The notes beneath the pieces are model-generated. The model was not told the origin of the DNA and ran no database searches. It saw only the letters and a program-made list of their open reading frames with translations. DNA of 63,762 nt, counting the filler, from Octopus bimaculoides (Eukaryota): assembly GCF_001194135.2 (NCBI RefSeq). It is 6 parts of 4 records of this genome, joined end to end, with 100 filler letters (N's around TTAATTAATTAA, not from the genome) between each part and the next. Parts side by side here need not be neighbours in the genome. Positions count along the whole stretch, not along the records: positions 1 to 23,200 come from NC_068992.1; 5 more parts are not named here. The stretch is one strand, 5' to 3'. This document shows positions 1 through 12,544 of the stretch, one piece after another (position 1 is the first letter of the stretch; every line of letters begins with the position of its first letter). Position numbers and translations under genes: made by a program.

Positions 1-47
<47 letters not shown>

Positions 48-341
48 GCGTTTTGCTGATGGCAAGAGCAACATTAGCCAAGTTTGCATTTCTCCTCTGT
101 CTGGATAAAATATTAATTTATATATATATACACATGTATATATTGATCTGGATATGTACAAGGATCTATGTATTATTGAATGTCTTTTCGTTTTAGTGCA
201 TAATATCTCTTTTATCGTCAATGAACTTTATGCAAATAACTTCATGAATATCGTCCCTCTTCCCTGAAAATTATTGAATTGTAATGAGGTCTTCTGCATT
301 TAGTGTTATACAATTTTCCGCCTTGGCCTGAAATATGTAAC

Positions 342-410
342 CTGTATGCCAGATTAGATAGAAACGTGTATGGAAACATGGAAAACGAAGTATGATTGGT
401 GTCATTGACA
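342..410 (-). CDS. Weak candidate internal exon (69 nt) of an unidentified minus-strand gene
   Basis: Minus strand has a good polypyrimidine acceptor (gtcttgttctccatctccag|) and a weak donor (CAG|GTTACA). The phase 1-1 frame SMTPIILRFPCFHTRFYLIWHT is open. No homology recognised. Confidence 0.15.
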
Positions 411-485
411 CTGGAGATGGAGAACAAGACACCAAACAATAACATATACTGACATCATATGAATGAATGAATCAATCGGTCGGTC

Positions 486-800
486 ACTTACTCACTCAAT
501 CACTCACTCACTCATTCACTCACTCACTCACTCACTCACTCACTCACTCAATGAATCCGTCTGTCTGGCTGTCTGCCTATCTATCTACCTATCTATCTGT
601 CTATCTGTCTGTCTGTCTGTCGGTCTGTCCGTCAGTCTGTCCGACTGTCTGTCCGACTGTCTGTCCGACTGTCTGTCCGACTGTCTGTCCGACTGTCTGT
701 CCGACTGTCTGTCCGACTGTCTGTCCGACTGTCTGTCCGACTGTCTGTCCGACTGTCTGTCCGACTGTCTGTCCGACTGTCTGTCCGACCGTCTATCTGT
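486..800. repeat. Compound microsatellite: (CACT)n, (CTAT/CTGT)n, then about 13 copies of 12-mer CTGTCTGTCCGA
   Basis: Read directly; it explains the SDCL/CPTV ORFs at 463-825. Confidence 0.95.
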
Positions 801-899
801 CTGTCTCTGTCTAACTAAAAATTGATGGATGCATGCTATATATATAAATATATATATGTAAATGTAGGTTACGTATATGTGTGTAAGTGTGAAGAGATG

Positions 900-1255
900 T
901 TAAACTCAGTGGTTAGGATGTTCTACTCAACAATCTAACGATCATGGGTTCGATTCCGGGACCGAGCGGTGAGTTGTGGTTCTTGAGCAAAACACTTCAT
1001 TTCATGAAAAGATAAGGGATAAGTCGATTACGTTGACCTCAGTGCTTAGCTGGTACTTATTTCATCGATCCCGGAGGACAAACACAAAGGCAAACTTATA
1101 GATACAAAGACACACGCACACATATACGACGGGCTTCTTTCAGTTTCCGTCTATCCCGAGGTTATAGTAGAAGACACTTGCCCAAGGTGCCACGTAGTGA
1201 GACTGAACCCGGAACCATGTGGTTGGGAAGCAAGCTTCTTACCACAGAGTTACGC
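900..1255. mobile_element. Cluster of three partial SINEs (D head +, A tail -, B 5' half -)
   Basis: tRNA-like A/B boxes (ctcagtggttagg...ggttcgattcc), followed by segments matching other SINE copies in the window. Confidence 0.75.
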
Positions 1256-1988
1256 CTGCGTATCCAAACATGTGATAATAAATGAATTAATGAATAGAGG
1301 TAATCTACATGGTGTTGCGGGAGAGGAGAGAAGAATCAACATTGGTAATAATTCGAATAAGCTGAACAAAGAAAAAGAAAAAGAAGACTGGTTGATAGGA
1401 ATGAAAGTGAAGAGAAAAGAGGGGGTTGCATGTTAACATGTCTTTGAATGAATAGAGAACAACTGTTTTGTTTTTATTATCCTTATTTACTCGAAACAAT
1501 GAACTCAAAATGTCGCTTCAATAAACGGATAAAAAGTTTAGCTATTTGAAAACTTGTAGACATTCATTATTTTTATGGAATTTTGACAAATGTATTTCAT
1601 TGGTTCATAATTTCATTACGACTTAATAAAATGAAACACAAAATCGAACATGGAGTTTTGTTTTGAAACGAATTTTAAAAAGATTCGTGACTTTCTACAA
1701 GAAAAACAGATACTTTGAATGCATTCTTTCGGAAACTGTTGAAGATTATGTCAAAGCTTAATACAATGATAAAGTTCTTAAAGCATTGGCGATGCTATTA
1801 GCAAGGCGTTAATACCAAGCTTAACCTCTGGAAGTTCCATTCCTTTTTTTGTATATATTTTTGTCTTTGTTGCTGTAGTTTAGATCGAGTTCAGCCTTGC
1901 TTAAATCAGACTCACCGTATTCATTCCATTTTCTTCTCTCCGCAGTGTGTCGAAGACAACATTATCTAATCTGTTATATAAGAAAGCG

Positions 1989-2192
1989 AAGGCGACAAAC
2001 AGGCAGAAACGTTAGCACGCCGAGCAAAATGCTTAGCAGGATTTCGTCCGTCTTCATGTTCTGAGCTCAAACTCCGCTTTCCGTCCTTTCGGAGTCGATA
2101 AAATAGGTACCTATTGAGCACTGGGTGGATGTAATCGATTTGCCCCTCCCCCGAAAATGCTGGCCTTGTGCCAAAATTTGAAGCCAGTATTA
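1989..2192 (+). mobile_element. tRNA-derived SINE, family A (about 200 bp; resembles octopus OK-type SINE)
   Basis: ggcag aaacgttagcacgccg...gagctcaaactcc...ggccttgtgccaaaatttgaa; more than 10 related copies in the window. Confidence 0.85.
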
Positions 2193-2516
2193 TAAGACGG
2201 TAGGATGTGATTCAAGGGAGACTGTCTGATATTTCTAACAAGTGAAGTAACCGTATAAGACGTAGTTGTTCGTTCGTATACATTGTTCGTTTCCTTTTAG
2301 TTTTGCGCTCAATTTGATACAGGAAATGATAATTTTATTGACCTTTTAATATATATTCCACAATGTTAATATCTTTAAAATGGACTTTTCTTGTGGTCAA
2401 TAGTCTCATTTTACTGGTCTGTAGACTGCCCTTCGTTTTAGCGTCATTGTTTTCCTCTGAGTTATTCCCTCTCCGACAAGTCTTTGCGGTGATATTGAAC
2501 AGTTTACTTGAATATA

Positions 2517-2880
2517 TAGGATGTCCCAAAAATGTATACACACACACCAAATGATTAGTGTTTATTAAAATGCATTTCATTTTCAAAATTTAATAGAATC
2601 TGCAGTCAGAATTAAATTTTTAAAGAACACCTATCTTTAAAATGATGACAGTTTTAGTCTAGGTACCGTTGATGATGCGAAGCAATGGAATCACAAACAT
2701 CAAGAAACATTTCGTTCGGTATTTGTGCGTATTCTCGTTCAATGTCTGTCCTCAATTTGCTGATGTTGAATGTGAATATACCATAATGTAAATGATGGTT
2801 ATTCTTAGGAACACATGAGCATAAGTACTTCATCAATGATATCTCATGGGTTTGTGTAAGGTCTTAAAATGGAGAACTGG
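2517..2880 (-). mobile_element. Tc1/mariner-superfamily (Tc3-like) transposon 3' end remnant
   Basis: Minus frame LRTDIEREYAQIPNEMFLDVCDSIASHHQRYLD resembles a Tc3-like transposase C-terminus. A TIR-like end TA|TAGGATGTCCCAAAAAT lies at 2515-2533. Confidence 0.65.
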
Positions 2881-4493
2881 GAGACCCTAAAAGTCAGAAA
2901 AGGGTAACAAAAGAAAAACTTAATGAGAGGAGAAATATTTTAGTCAAGAATGTCTGAAAATATAGTATGAAAGAAAAGAAGTTATATANNNNNNNNNNNN
3001 NNNNNNNNNNNNNNNNNNNNNNNNNNNNNNNNNNNNNNNNNNNNNNNNNNNNNNNNNNNNNNNNNNNNNNNNNNNNNNNNNNNNNNNNNNNNNNNNNNNN
3101 NNNNNNNNNNNNNNNNNNNNNNNNNNNNNACCCTAAAAGTCAGAAAAGGGTAACAAAAGAAAAACTTAATGAGAGGAGAAATATTTTAGTCAAGAATGTC
3201 TGAAAATATAGTATGAAAGAAAAGAAGTTATATATCACTACGGATATTTACTAATTACTAGTGAATGGAAACTTTAAGAAAATTGAATAATTAGTAGATA
3301 TAGAGGTTACTGATAATTCGGTCATTAAACTCAGGGCTGACAATAACTCAAATGACTGCCTGTACTGAAAGGTAAATGTTTTATTGATAACTATATCGTC
3401 ACGGATGGCCAGTCACTTCCTGCTGTAGCGAGATAAATGGTATGTAAAATGAGCATGGAGATGTGCAGTAACGAAATAAATCAGGTCCAATAACAGTGAA
3501 CCTTTCTGGAGGACGAGAATGATGTCAACAAAGACGGGAGGACAACATTGAGGAACTGGCTACTGATGGGCAAATACGTACGAGATCGACTGACAAGCCC
3601 ATCGAAAATAGCAATAATAATTGTGTAATGTTAGAACCCTTACAAACATCCCCAGTTTGAACCCATTTTGCGATTATGTTCATACCCAGGATTAAGACAC
3701 GTGATGATCATTGAGATGTTGTGTGGATGTGAATATTGGAAAATACTGGATGTAAATATTGGAAAAAAATTTATTTACTCAGGTTAATACTCTTATAAAA
3801 ATTCATGATAGACGTATCTAAAAGTTACGTTATTCTTGTTCGAAACTATTTTTTGCGAGAGATTCTTCCATAAATCTATCATTTCTATAAGAAGTACTAC
3901 TCATACTTTATTCCAGCTTTAATGACATTAATTAGAAGGAATAAATTACTCTTTCATTTGTTCTCTTTCACTGAAAAAAAAAAACAAGACAGTCGAGTCA
4001 AGATTCAACTTAGTATTAGAAACCTAGTGAAACGCTCGATGCACAATAACTTTGTGGTAAACAGCAGAAATATTTCGGCAGTGATACATACTTNNNNNNN
4101 NNNNNNNNNNNNNNNNNNNNNNNNNNNNNNNNNNNNNNNNNNNNNNNNNNNNNNNNNNNNNNNNNNNNNNNNNNNNNNNNNNNNNNNNNNNNNNNNNNNN
4201 NNNNNNNNNNNNNNNNNNNNNNNNNNNNNNNNNNNNNNNNNNNNNNNNNNNNNNNNNNNNNNNNNNNNNNNNNNNNNNNNNNNNNNNNNNNNNNNNNNNN
4301 NNNNNNNNNNNNNNNNNNNNNNNNNNNNNNNNNNNNNNNNNNNNNNNNNNNNNNNNNNNNNNNNNNNNNNNNNNNNNNNNNNNNNNNNNNNNNNNNNNNN
4401 NNNNNNNNNNNNNNNNNNNNNNNNNNNNNNNNNNNNNNNNNNNNNNNNNNNNNNNNNNNNNNNNNNNNNNNNNNNNNNNNNNNNNNNNNNNNN

Positions 4494-4545
<52 letters not shown>

Positions 4546-5254
4546 AGAGAGAGATAAACAGATAAAGCAAGAGAAAGAGAGAGAGACATCATGAAAGAAT
4601 TTATACAAAGAAATTCCTGAAATGAAGATACTTCATGTTTGATTGCTGGCTGCGACATTCAATTAAACGTTCGCCATAAACTGAAGTCTTGAAAACTTTC
4701 GCTAAAATTTAGAATCTTCAGTTTACTTTATTTAATGTTCAATTCTTGAAAGTATATCAATATCTTCTCAATTTAGCATAAGGTAATTGTTCTTCAACAA
4801 CTGTATGATTTGATTGTATTTGAAACATAAAGCTAGTGAACGAACGTCTTCAATGAAGAACCACTTAAAGTTCTTTGTCTTTTATTGCTTAGATCTTTGA
4901 TGAAACATACGACTTAAAGAAATTGTTTTAATCAAACCTCTACAAACTACTCCATTCTAAGTAGCAAGACAACCAAAGGGGACAGTTTGGCTTAAGGTTA
5001 GCAATTAAATCCAAGAAAAGAAAACCTGCTACAGAAAATCAAATAATAAATAGTCTCTGTTTTCATGGAGAAAACAAGCTTTGACATACCTAGGTAGTAT
5101 AAAGAAGGAGAGTGTTATCAATACAAATATATGACAATTGATAAAACTATGTCAACTGCTCTGGACTCGAGAATATCCAGACCACCTAACTCACAATAAC
5201 CAGAATGTTTAGCATAAGCGATAAAGTGTTTATATTTCTTGGACACGTGAAGGG

Positions 5255-5835
5255 CTTGGCTGGGTGGTTTGGGTATTCGGCTCACGATAGTTAAAATCGT
5301 GAGTTCGATTTCCGGTGAACCTTTCTGGAGGACGAGAATGATGTCGACAAAGACGGGAAGACAACATTGAGGAACTGGCTACTGATGGGCAAATACGTAT
5401 GAGATCGACTGACAAGCCCATCGAAAACAGCAATAATAATTGTGTAATGTTAGAACCCTTACAAACATCCCCAGTTTGAACCCATTTTGCGATTATGTTC
5501 ATACCCAGGATTAAGACACCTGATGAATATTGAAATGTTGTGTGGATGTGAATACTGAAAAATATTGGATGTAAATATTGGAAAAAAATTTGTTTACTCA
5601 GATTAATAATCTTGAGCAAGACATCTTATTTCACGTTGGTCCAGTCCACTCAACTGGCGAAAATAAGTAGTACCTGTATTTCAAATGGCCAGCCTTGTCG
5701 CATTCTGCGTCACGCTGAATCTCCTGGAGAACTACTTGTCTGTGGAATACTCAGCCACTTGCACATTAATTTCGCGAGCAGGCTTTTCCGTTGATCGGAT
5801 CAACTGGAACCCTCAGGGTCGTAAGCGACGGAGTG
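5255..5835 (+). mobile_element. SINE family D head with family-C-type tail, interrupted by a ~300 bp insertion (5315-5613)
   Basis: The head ends at gagttcgatttcc, the body resumes at cttgagcaagacatcttatttcacgttg, and the tail ends ...actggaaccctc...gtaagcgacggagtg. Confidence 0.8.
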
Positions 5836-6130
5836 GCAGTTATTTATTTTGGGAAAGAATCCTGTTACATTAGTAAGTCCAGGACCAGGAAAGAGCAAAC
5901 ATTCACAAAAAGCTACCTATGAGGAACACTTACGCATTGCTGGCTGTACAAAATCTACAACCTGTCTAGCTAAGGAACCATCAACTGTCTCCTGAACAAG
6001 AAATAAGCAAATGGTAGGAATGGCTTATATATACACACTCTTTAAACCAATAAGAAGCGTTACAAGTGAGGAAGATGCAAGAAATGGTCAACGGTTAGAA
6101 TCTCAGGAAAGGCAAAGAATAAAAACAAAT

Positions 6131-6459
6131 TTTCACTTCCTCGTCACTGGAATAATGTTTGCCTCTCAAATCCTCTTTCGTGGCGCCGAAGAGATGATGG
6201 TCTGAAGGGGCTAAATCTGGTGAGTGTGGAGGTAGTGAAGAAATAGTTCAAAGAACAGTCAATAGAATTTTACGGGGTAGGGATACATGCTCTCATTCGA
6301 AGGTGGAACATTGCTATTGAGAGAAACGGTGACTATGTTGAGAAGTGGGGATGTGATCCACAGAGGACCAGCTTCATTTTGATGTATGATACATGTTCCT
6401 GTGTTGGTAATTATACCTGACCTAAACAAAATGGCATTACTTTTTGACTCACCCTCGTA
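6131..6459. mobile_element. Mariner transposon 3' remnant with internal inversion
   Basis: Minus 6235-6131 encodes LPPHSPDLAPSDHHLFGATKEDLRGKHYSSDEEVK (YSPDLAPSD motif). Plus 6235 onward encodes VKK*FKEQSIEFYGVGIHALIRRWNIAIERNGDYVEK. The right TIR ggcattactttttgactcaccctcg is followed by TA. Confidence 0.9.
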
Positions 6460-8799
6460 TATATATATATATATATNNNNNNNNNNNNNNNNNNNNNNNN
6501 NNNNNNNNNNNNNNNNNNNNNNNNNNNNNNNNNNNNNNNNNNNNNNNNNNNNNNNNNNNNNATATAATATTGTATATATTTTTACAGTAGTTGAAAAATT
6601 CCAGCGTCTGAGAATCAACGAATAAAAGAACATTTGGTCACTGTAACATGCTAATATATAATACTACAACGATTGATAATTAGCGAAGATAGATTGAGAG
6701 AAACAATCCCTTTATGTGAGATTTTCCAACACAACTGCGTGATGTCTTCACCTGTTATTAATACTTGAAGATAGAATAATTGAGAAGTCATCACAAAGAG
6801 AACATTGACATAACCCCCCGTATATCTGGTAGCTTTTCTTTTAGTTAGATTTGCCCGCCTTTTTATATAATGCCGGTAAAAAGTTCTAGAACATTATATA
6901 AACCATTTGGCGGGAAGATTTCAGTTTACCAATCGACCTGATTGGCTGAACCACAATTATGTGAGCTAAATGCTTTTTATGGCAGACGTGTCTCGAAACC
7001 GGGAAATATGAATACAACGGCTGAAAAGACTGTCATCAAACTACACTTTTATTATGTGAATTCAATTCATATTTCAATTAATTTCTTTAGAAAAAAATCA
7101 CACGCTTGTCAGACAATCCTATTATTATATGTACTTCAATAATTTGTGTGCTTAACGAAAATCAATTAAGATATAAAGAAAATGCCTTTCCAAGTGATCC
7201 ATAGAATATATAAGTAATGTTTTTGTCATACAGAGTTAAGTGAGGTTTAGTTTAGTGAAATAATCCGTTTAAAATTGAAACAATTTTATGGGAAAAGTAA
7301 GATTAGATGTAAGTTTCCCTAGTGATTTCCGCAAGACATCCACGCAACAATTTCTCATTTCCTCAGAAAAAAGAAAATTAAACAAACAAACAAATATAAA
7401 TAAATAAATGAAAAACAATCAGACTTTATTCTTGCGCAAGAAATCTTTCTAGATTATTCTCGAGATATTGAATTTGTCTACAATAATTACATGAGATTGT
7501 GAAGAAGAATGACAATTTGTATTTCGCTGAAAGGAAAATAAATATGTTATTGTTTCCCTAAAAAAAGCTTCGCAAAATGTTTCTACTCAACGTACAAATG
7601 ATATCAATGCTATCTTTCATACTGTAAACATAGAAGAGAACAACTCCCTACACGAAAGACGCTCACATACATGCATATATNNNNNNNNNNNNNNNNNNNN
7701 NNNNNNNNNNNNNNNNNNNNNNNNNNNNNNNNNNNNNNNNNNNNNNNNNNNNNNNNNNNNNNNNNNNNNNNNNNNNNNNNNNNNNNNNNNNNNNNNNNNN
7801 NNNNNNNNNNNNNNNNNNNNNNNNNNNNNNNNNNNNNNNNNNNNNNNNNNNNNNNNNNNNNNNNNNNNNNNNNNNNNNNNNNNNNNNNNNNNNNNNNNNN
7901 NNNNNNNNNNNNNNNNNNNNNNNNNNNNNNNNNNNNNNNNNNNNNNNNNNNNNNNNNNNNNNNNNNNNNNNNNNNNNNNNNNNNNNNNNNNNNNNNNNNN
8001 NNNNNNNNNNNNNNNNNNNNNNNNNNNNNNNNNNNNNNNNNNNNNNNNNNNNNNNNNNNNNNNNNNNNNNNNNNNNNNNNNNNNNNNNNNNNNNNNNNNN
8101 NNNNNNNNNNNNNNNNNNNNNNNNNNNNNNNNNNNNNNNNNNNNNNNNNNNNNNNNNNNNNNNNNNNNNNNNNNNNNNNNNNNNNNNNNNNNNNNNNNNN
8201 NNNNNNNNNNNNNNNNNNNNNNNNNNNNNNNNNNNNNNNNNNNNNNNNNNNNNNNNNNNNATATATGTATATATATATATGCGCGTCTCTAAGTGTTTTT
8301 ATGTATATATTTATGCCTGTATATATATGTATATATATATAGTAAAAATAAATATTTTTTATGATGAAAAAAGAACGAACTGAATAATGGACTCAATACA
8401 CAACATGTGCACACGCATACAACGTATTACATAAGCGTACAGGCACATATATATATGTGTATGTGTATCTGTTGCTACATATGTATTTATAATACGCACA
8501 CTTTGATGCACATACATGTACATATACATCTTTTACTGGTTTACTACATTTGACTCCGTGTAAGATGGACTACCACCTCCAGCCAATTTTTTATTCGACC
8601 ATGTCGACATCAGTACTTATTTTAGCCTGTGACTTATTTTATCGATTCTTACTAACCGAAGCATTCAGTAAAGTTGTTATATAAATGGACGCAATCTCTC
8701 GATAATGTTACGGTTAATTAGAGCTGTCGGGTGCCTTATACTATGGCGAAAATCAATACAGTGCATGAACAAAGTGAAGATAAGGAAAATTCGAAAATA

Positions 8800-9640
8800 T
8801 TCTTTTCTACTCGAAGCATAAGGCCCGAAATTTCTGGGGAGGGGAGCCAGTCGATTAGGTCGACCCCCAGTACGCAACTAGTACTTAATTTATCGACACC
8901 GAAAGGATGAAAGGCAAAGTCAACCTCGGCGGCATTTGAACTTAGAACGTAAGGACAGGCGAAATACCGCTGAGCATTTCGCCCGGCGTGCTAACGTTTC
9001 TTATTTCTTTATTGCCCACAAGAGGCTAAGCATAGAAGGGACAAACAAGGACAGACAAAGGGATTAAGTCGATTACATCGACCGCTGTGCGTACCTGGTA
9101 CTTAATTTATCGACCCCGAAAGGATGAAAGAAAAAGTCGATCTCGGCGGAATTTGAACTCAGAACGTAAAGACACACGAAATACTGCTGAGCATTTCGCC
9201 CGGCGTGCTAAAATTTGTTTATCCGTTTATCTGGTTACCCCAGGTTACTGAATTTAGCGTNNNNNNNNNNNNNNNNNNNNNNNNNNNNNNNNNNNNNNNN
9301 NNNNNNNNAGTACTTAATTTATCGACACCGAAAGGATGAAAGGCAAAGTCAACCTCGGCGGCATTTGAACTTAGAACGTAAGGACAGGCGAAATACCGCT
9401 GAGCATTTCGCCCGGCGTGCTAACGTTTCTTATTTCTTTATTGCCCACAAGAGGCTAAGCATAGAAGGGACAAACAAGGACAGACAAAGGGATTAAGTCG
9501 ATTACATCGACCGCTGTGCGTACCTGGTACTTAATTTATCGACCCCGAAAGGATGAAAGAAAAAGTCGATCTCGGCGGAATTTGAACTCAGAACGTAAAG
9601 ACACACGAAATACTGCTGAGCATTTCGCCCGGCGTGCTAA
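8800..9640 (-). mobile_element. Tandem family-A SINE copies, partly duplicated across a gap
   Basis: Reverse complement of family A; 8880-9260 is repeated at 9309-9689. Confidence 0.85.
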
Positions 9641-9829
9641 AATTTGTTTATCCGTTTATCTGGTTACCCCAGGTTACTGAATTTAGCGTTTACGGAAATT
9701 GTAAAGTATGATAATTAATTTCGGGATACAGTCTGTAATTTCACTCTTACGGAAACTCGTTAACAATTCAAAACTACACTTTCTTCTTGGCTCAATAGCC
9801 ACTGGCATTTTAGTTGTCAAGTGATAGTG

Positions 9830-10045
9830 GGGGGACAAACACAGACACACAAGCACACATACATACATATATATATGTATATATATATACATATATATAC
9901 GACGGGCTTTTTTCAGTTTCCGTCTACCAAATCCACTCACAAGGCTTTGGTCGGCCCGAGGCTATAGTAGAAGACACTTGCCCAAGGTGCCACGCAGTGG
10001 GACTGAACCCGGAACCATGTGGTTGGTAGGCAAGCTACTTACCAC
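9830..10045 (-). mobile_element. SINE family B (CORE-like domain), 5' part
   Basis: Reverse complement reads tggtaagtagcttgc...ggttcagtcccactgcgtggcaccttgggcaagtgtcttc. The accttgggcaagt segment resembles the CORE-SINE domain (inference). Confidence 0.85.
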
Positions 10046-10420
10046 CACCAACACGAGCACGACCACCAACAGCATCAATAATATATAGCACGAAGGGGAT
10101 AAGGAATCCATTTCAAATAAAAATCATATCCTAGAGTATTTTAAAAGTTGAAATGACTCTGATCTTAAGTCTATAAAAATTGACTTCAAGCTAAACAGTC
10201 GCAACAATAAAATTGGCAACAGCGATATGGCCACTACAGCACTAACAATACCCGCCCACTATCGCTAACAACCAATGCAACCCACATCATAACCATTATC
10301 AACCCACTAATATTTGAATTCAATTAGCTACAACAGATAGCATGTGCACATGAGTGTTTGTCTGTGTGTGTGCGCGAGCGTGAGTGTGTGTGTGTATGAG
10401 TGTGTATGTATGAGTGCGTG

Positions 10421-10808
10421 GGTGGAAGCGCAATGGCCCAGTGGTAAGGGCAGCGGACTCGCGGTCATAGGATCGCGGTTTCGATTTCAAGACCGGGTGT
10501 TGTGAGTGTTTATTGAGCGAAAACACCTAGAGCTCCACGAGGCTCCGGCAGGGGATGGTGGCGAACCCTGCTGTACTCTTTCACCACAACTTTCTCTCAC
10601 TCTTTCTTCCTGTTTCTGTTGTGCCTGTAATTCAAAGGGTCAGCCTTGTCACACTGTGTCACGCTGAATATCCCCGAGAACTACGTTAAGGGTACACGTG
10701 TCTGTGGAGTGCTCAGCCACTTGCACGTTAATTTCACGAGCTGGCTGTTCCGTTGATCGAATCAACTGGAACCCACGACGTCGTAAGCGACGGAGTGCCA
10801 ACAGCACA
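10421..10808 (+). mobile_element. Full-length SINE family C with 11-bp TSD
   Basis: tRNA-like head ggaagcgcaatggcccagtggtaagggcagcggactcgcggtcataggatcgcggtttcgatttc. TSD ATGAGTGCGTG at 10410-10420 and 10809-10819. Confidence 0.92.
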
Positions 10809-11424
10809 ATGAGTGCGTGTATATAAGTGTTATAAGATAAATTTCTGCTCTCACAAAGCAAGTCTTTCCTGGGTCAATTTTTTGAACTACATATTCGTTG
10901 TGGATTTGCCTTTAATTTAAGATATCTGAAAATAAGCTTTCAAACAAACCTGAAGGTAGTAGTGCGAAAAGGAACCGTAAAGTTATTAAACTTAATGTTT
11001 TATTTAAAACTGGATATTAAATTTAATGTTTTATTTAAGACTTGATGCGGAAGTAAAACTCCGTTTGCAAAGGCATTACATCTTGCATAGTCTCAATGAG
11101 AACAATATGTGGTAACACAGAGAGGAAATTATGTCAAGTACACTAGAAGCTACTCCATTAAATGTCCGTTATTTGTTTTTCCATAGATCTAACATAATGC
11201 TTAAAATGGAACAACATAAACATACACATACAGACATGCGTATACACAAACTGGCAACTACGTCCAAGCAAAATGTCGCATACTCCCAACCATCCACACA
11301 ATAANNNNNNNNNNTGGCCGGTATGACAGACTTTAACAGACTTATGTATATATATAATACTATATAAGTATGTGCATGTATATATACATATATATATATA
11401 TGTGTGTGTATATATATATATATA

Positions 11425-11426
11425 TA

Positions 11427-11476
<50 letters not shown>

Positions 11477-11515
11477 CCTATCTACCTACCCATCTATCTA
11501 TCTACCTACCTACCC

Positions 11516-11565
<50 letters not shown>

Positions 11566-11566
11566 A

Positions 11567-11600
<34 letters not shown>
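11425..11600. repeat. (TATC)n microsatellite
   Basis: Read directly. Confidence 0.95.
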
Positions 11601-11625
11601 ATACTATATCATGTACCTATTTATC

Positions 11626-12505
11626 TACCGTGTTTCCTCGAAAATAAGTCCTACTCCTAATATAAGCCCTACCATGTTTTTTCAGGATGTTTTTAATATA
11701 AGCCCTACTTCGAAAATAAGACCAAGTCAAAAATGTATCAGCTTGTTAGCAAGACCATGTGATGTTTGCAAAATAAACCAATTACTGCAGCTTGGCTAAA
11801 GTAGTCGACTCCCTTAGCTTGACTCCCTTGGCTTGACTCCCTTGGCTTGACTCCCTTGGCTTGACTCCCTTGGCCTGACTCCCTTCTCCTCCAGGGAAGA
11901 TGAGTGCAAAAAGAAAGAGTTATTCTGTGGAGTACAAGAAAGGAATTGTGGAAGAGTCACATAACAAGAATCTTAGGGCTTTCTGTAAGAAGATGTTGGA
12001 TCTCCGAATGGTTCGAAAATAGCGAGCAGAGCACGATAATTTTAGCAGACAGGTGGATGAGGGAAGTGCTAAGAAGCGCAAGTGTAGATCAGGTCGACAA
12101 CCGTTATTTTCGGAGCTGGAAGATATCACCTCGGGATGGATTGCTAACAGAAGTACAAAGGCTTTGGTTGTACACAGAGCTGATATTCAAGAATTTGCTC
12201 TTGCAATGGCACCACAGTTGGATATACTCCCAGAGATATTCAAAGCATCACCTCATTGGTTGGATAATTTCCTTCGGCGATATGAGCTCTCTCTAAGAAG
12301 ATCGACAACTCTGTTCAAACTGGAGGATACTGAAGTGATCCAACGTGCACTTGCATTCAAATCCTTCGTTGATGGCATCAACTTTTCTAAATACAATTTC
12401 TCCAATATAATTGCTATGGACGAGACTGCAGTATTTATGGTCCAAGAATCTAAAATGACAATTGAACAGACAGGTGCCTCGTCAATCTACGTTGACTCAA
12501 CGCCC
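11626..12505 (+). mobile_element. pogo-family DNA transposon, 5' half (3' truncated)
   Basis: TA followed by TIR CCGTGTTTCCTCGAAAATAAG, subterminal ATAAGCCCTAC repeats and a downstream transposase ORF. No right TIR seen. Confidence 0.88.
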
Positions 12506-12544
12506 GAGGGTCGCATCAAGTGGTTTCTAGCGGCGGAAGCCTGA
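11900..12544 (+). pseudogene. pogo transposase pseudogene (Brinker-like DBD, CENP-B/Tc5 HTH, start of DDE_1)
   Basis: ATG at 11900: MSAKRKSYSVEYKKGIVEE...MVRK*(TAG 12020)...RSGRQPLFSELED...FKASPHWLDNFLRRYELSLRRST...IIAMDETAV. Truncated shortly after the first catalytic Asp. Confidence 0.88.

Noticed and set aside
2884-3234. 105-bp direct repeat on both sides of a gap
   Set aside because: Identical gap-flanking copies indicate unmerged contig overlap.
5515-5548. acacCTGATGAatattGAAAtgttgtgt hammerhead-like string
   Set aside because: No room for stem III, no stem II, and the paralogous copy near 3700 lacks the core.
8880-9689. 381-bp direct duplication
   Set aside because: The copies look identical and are separated only by 48 N; probably an assembly artefact.
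10421-10500. tRNA-like sequences at SINE heads
   Set aside because: They have A/B boxes but run into SINE bodies without a complete cloverleaf; not tRNA genes.
11807-11885. Short periodic repeats as a CRISPR array
   Set aside because: Contiguous tandem units without unique spacers, no cas genes, animal context.
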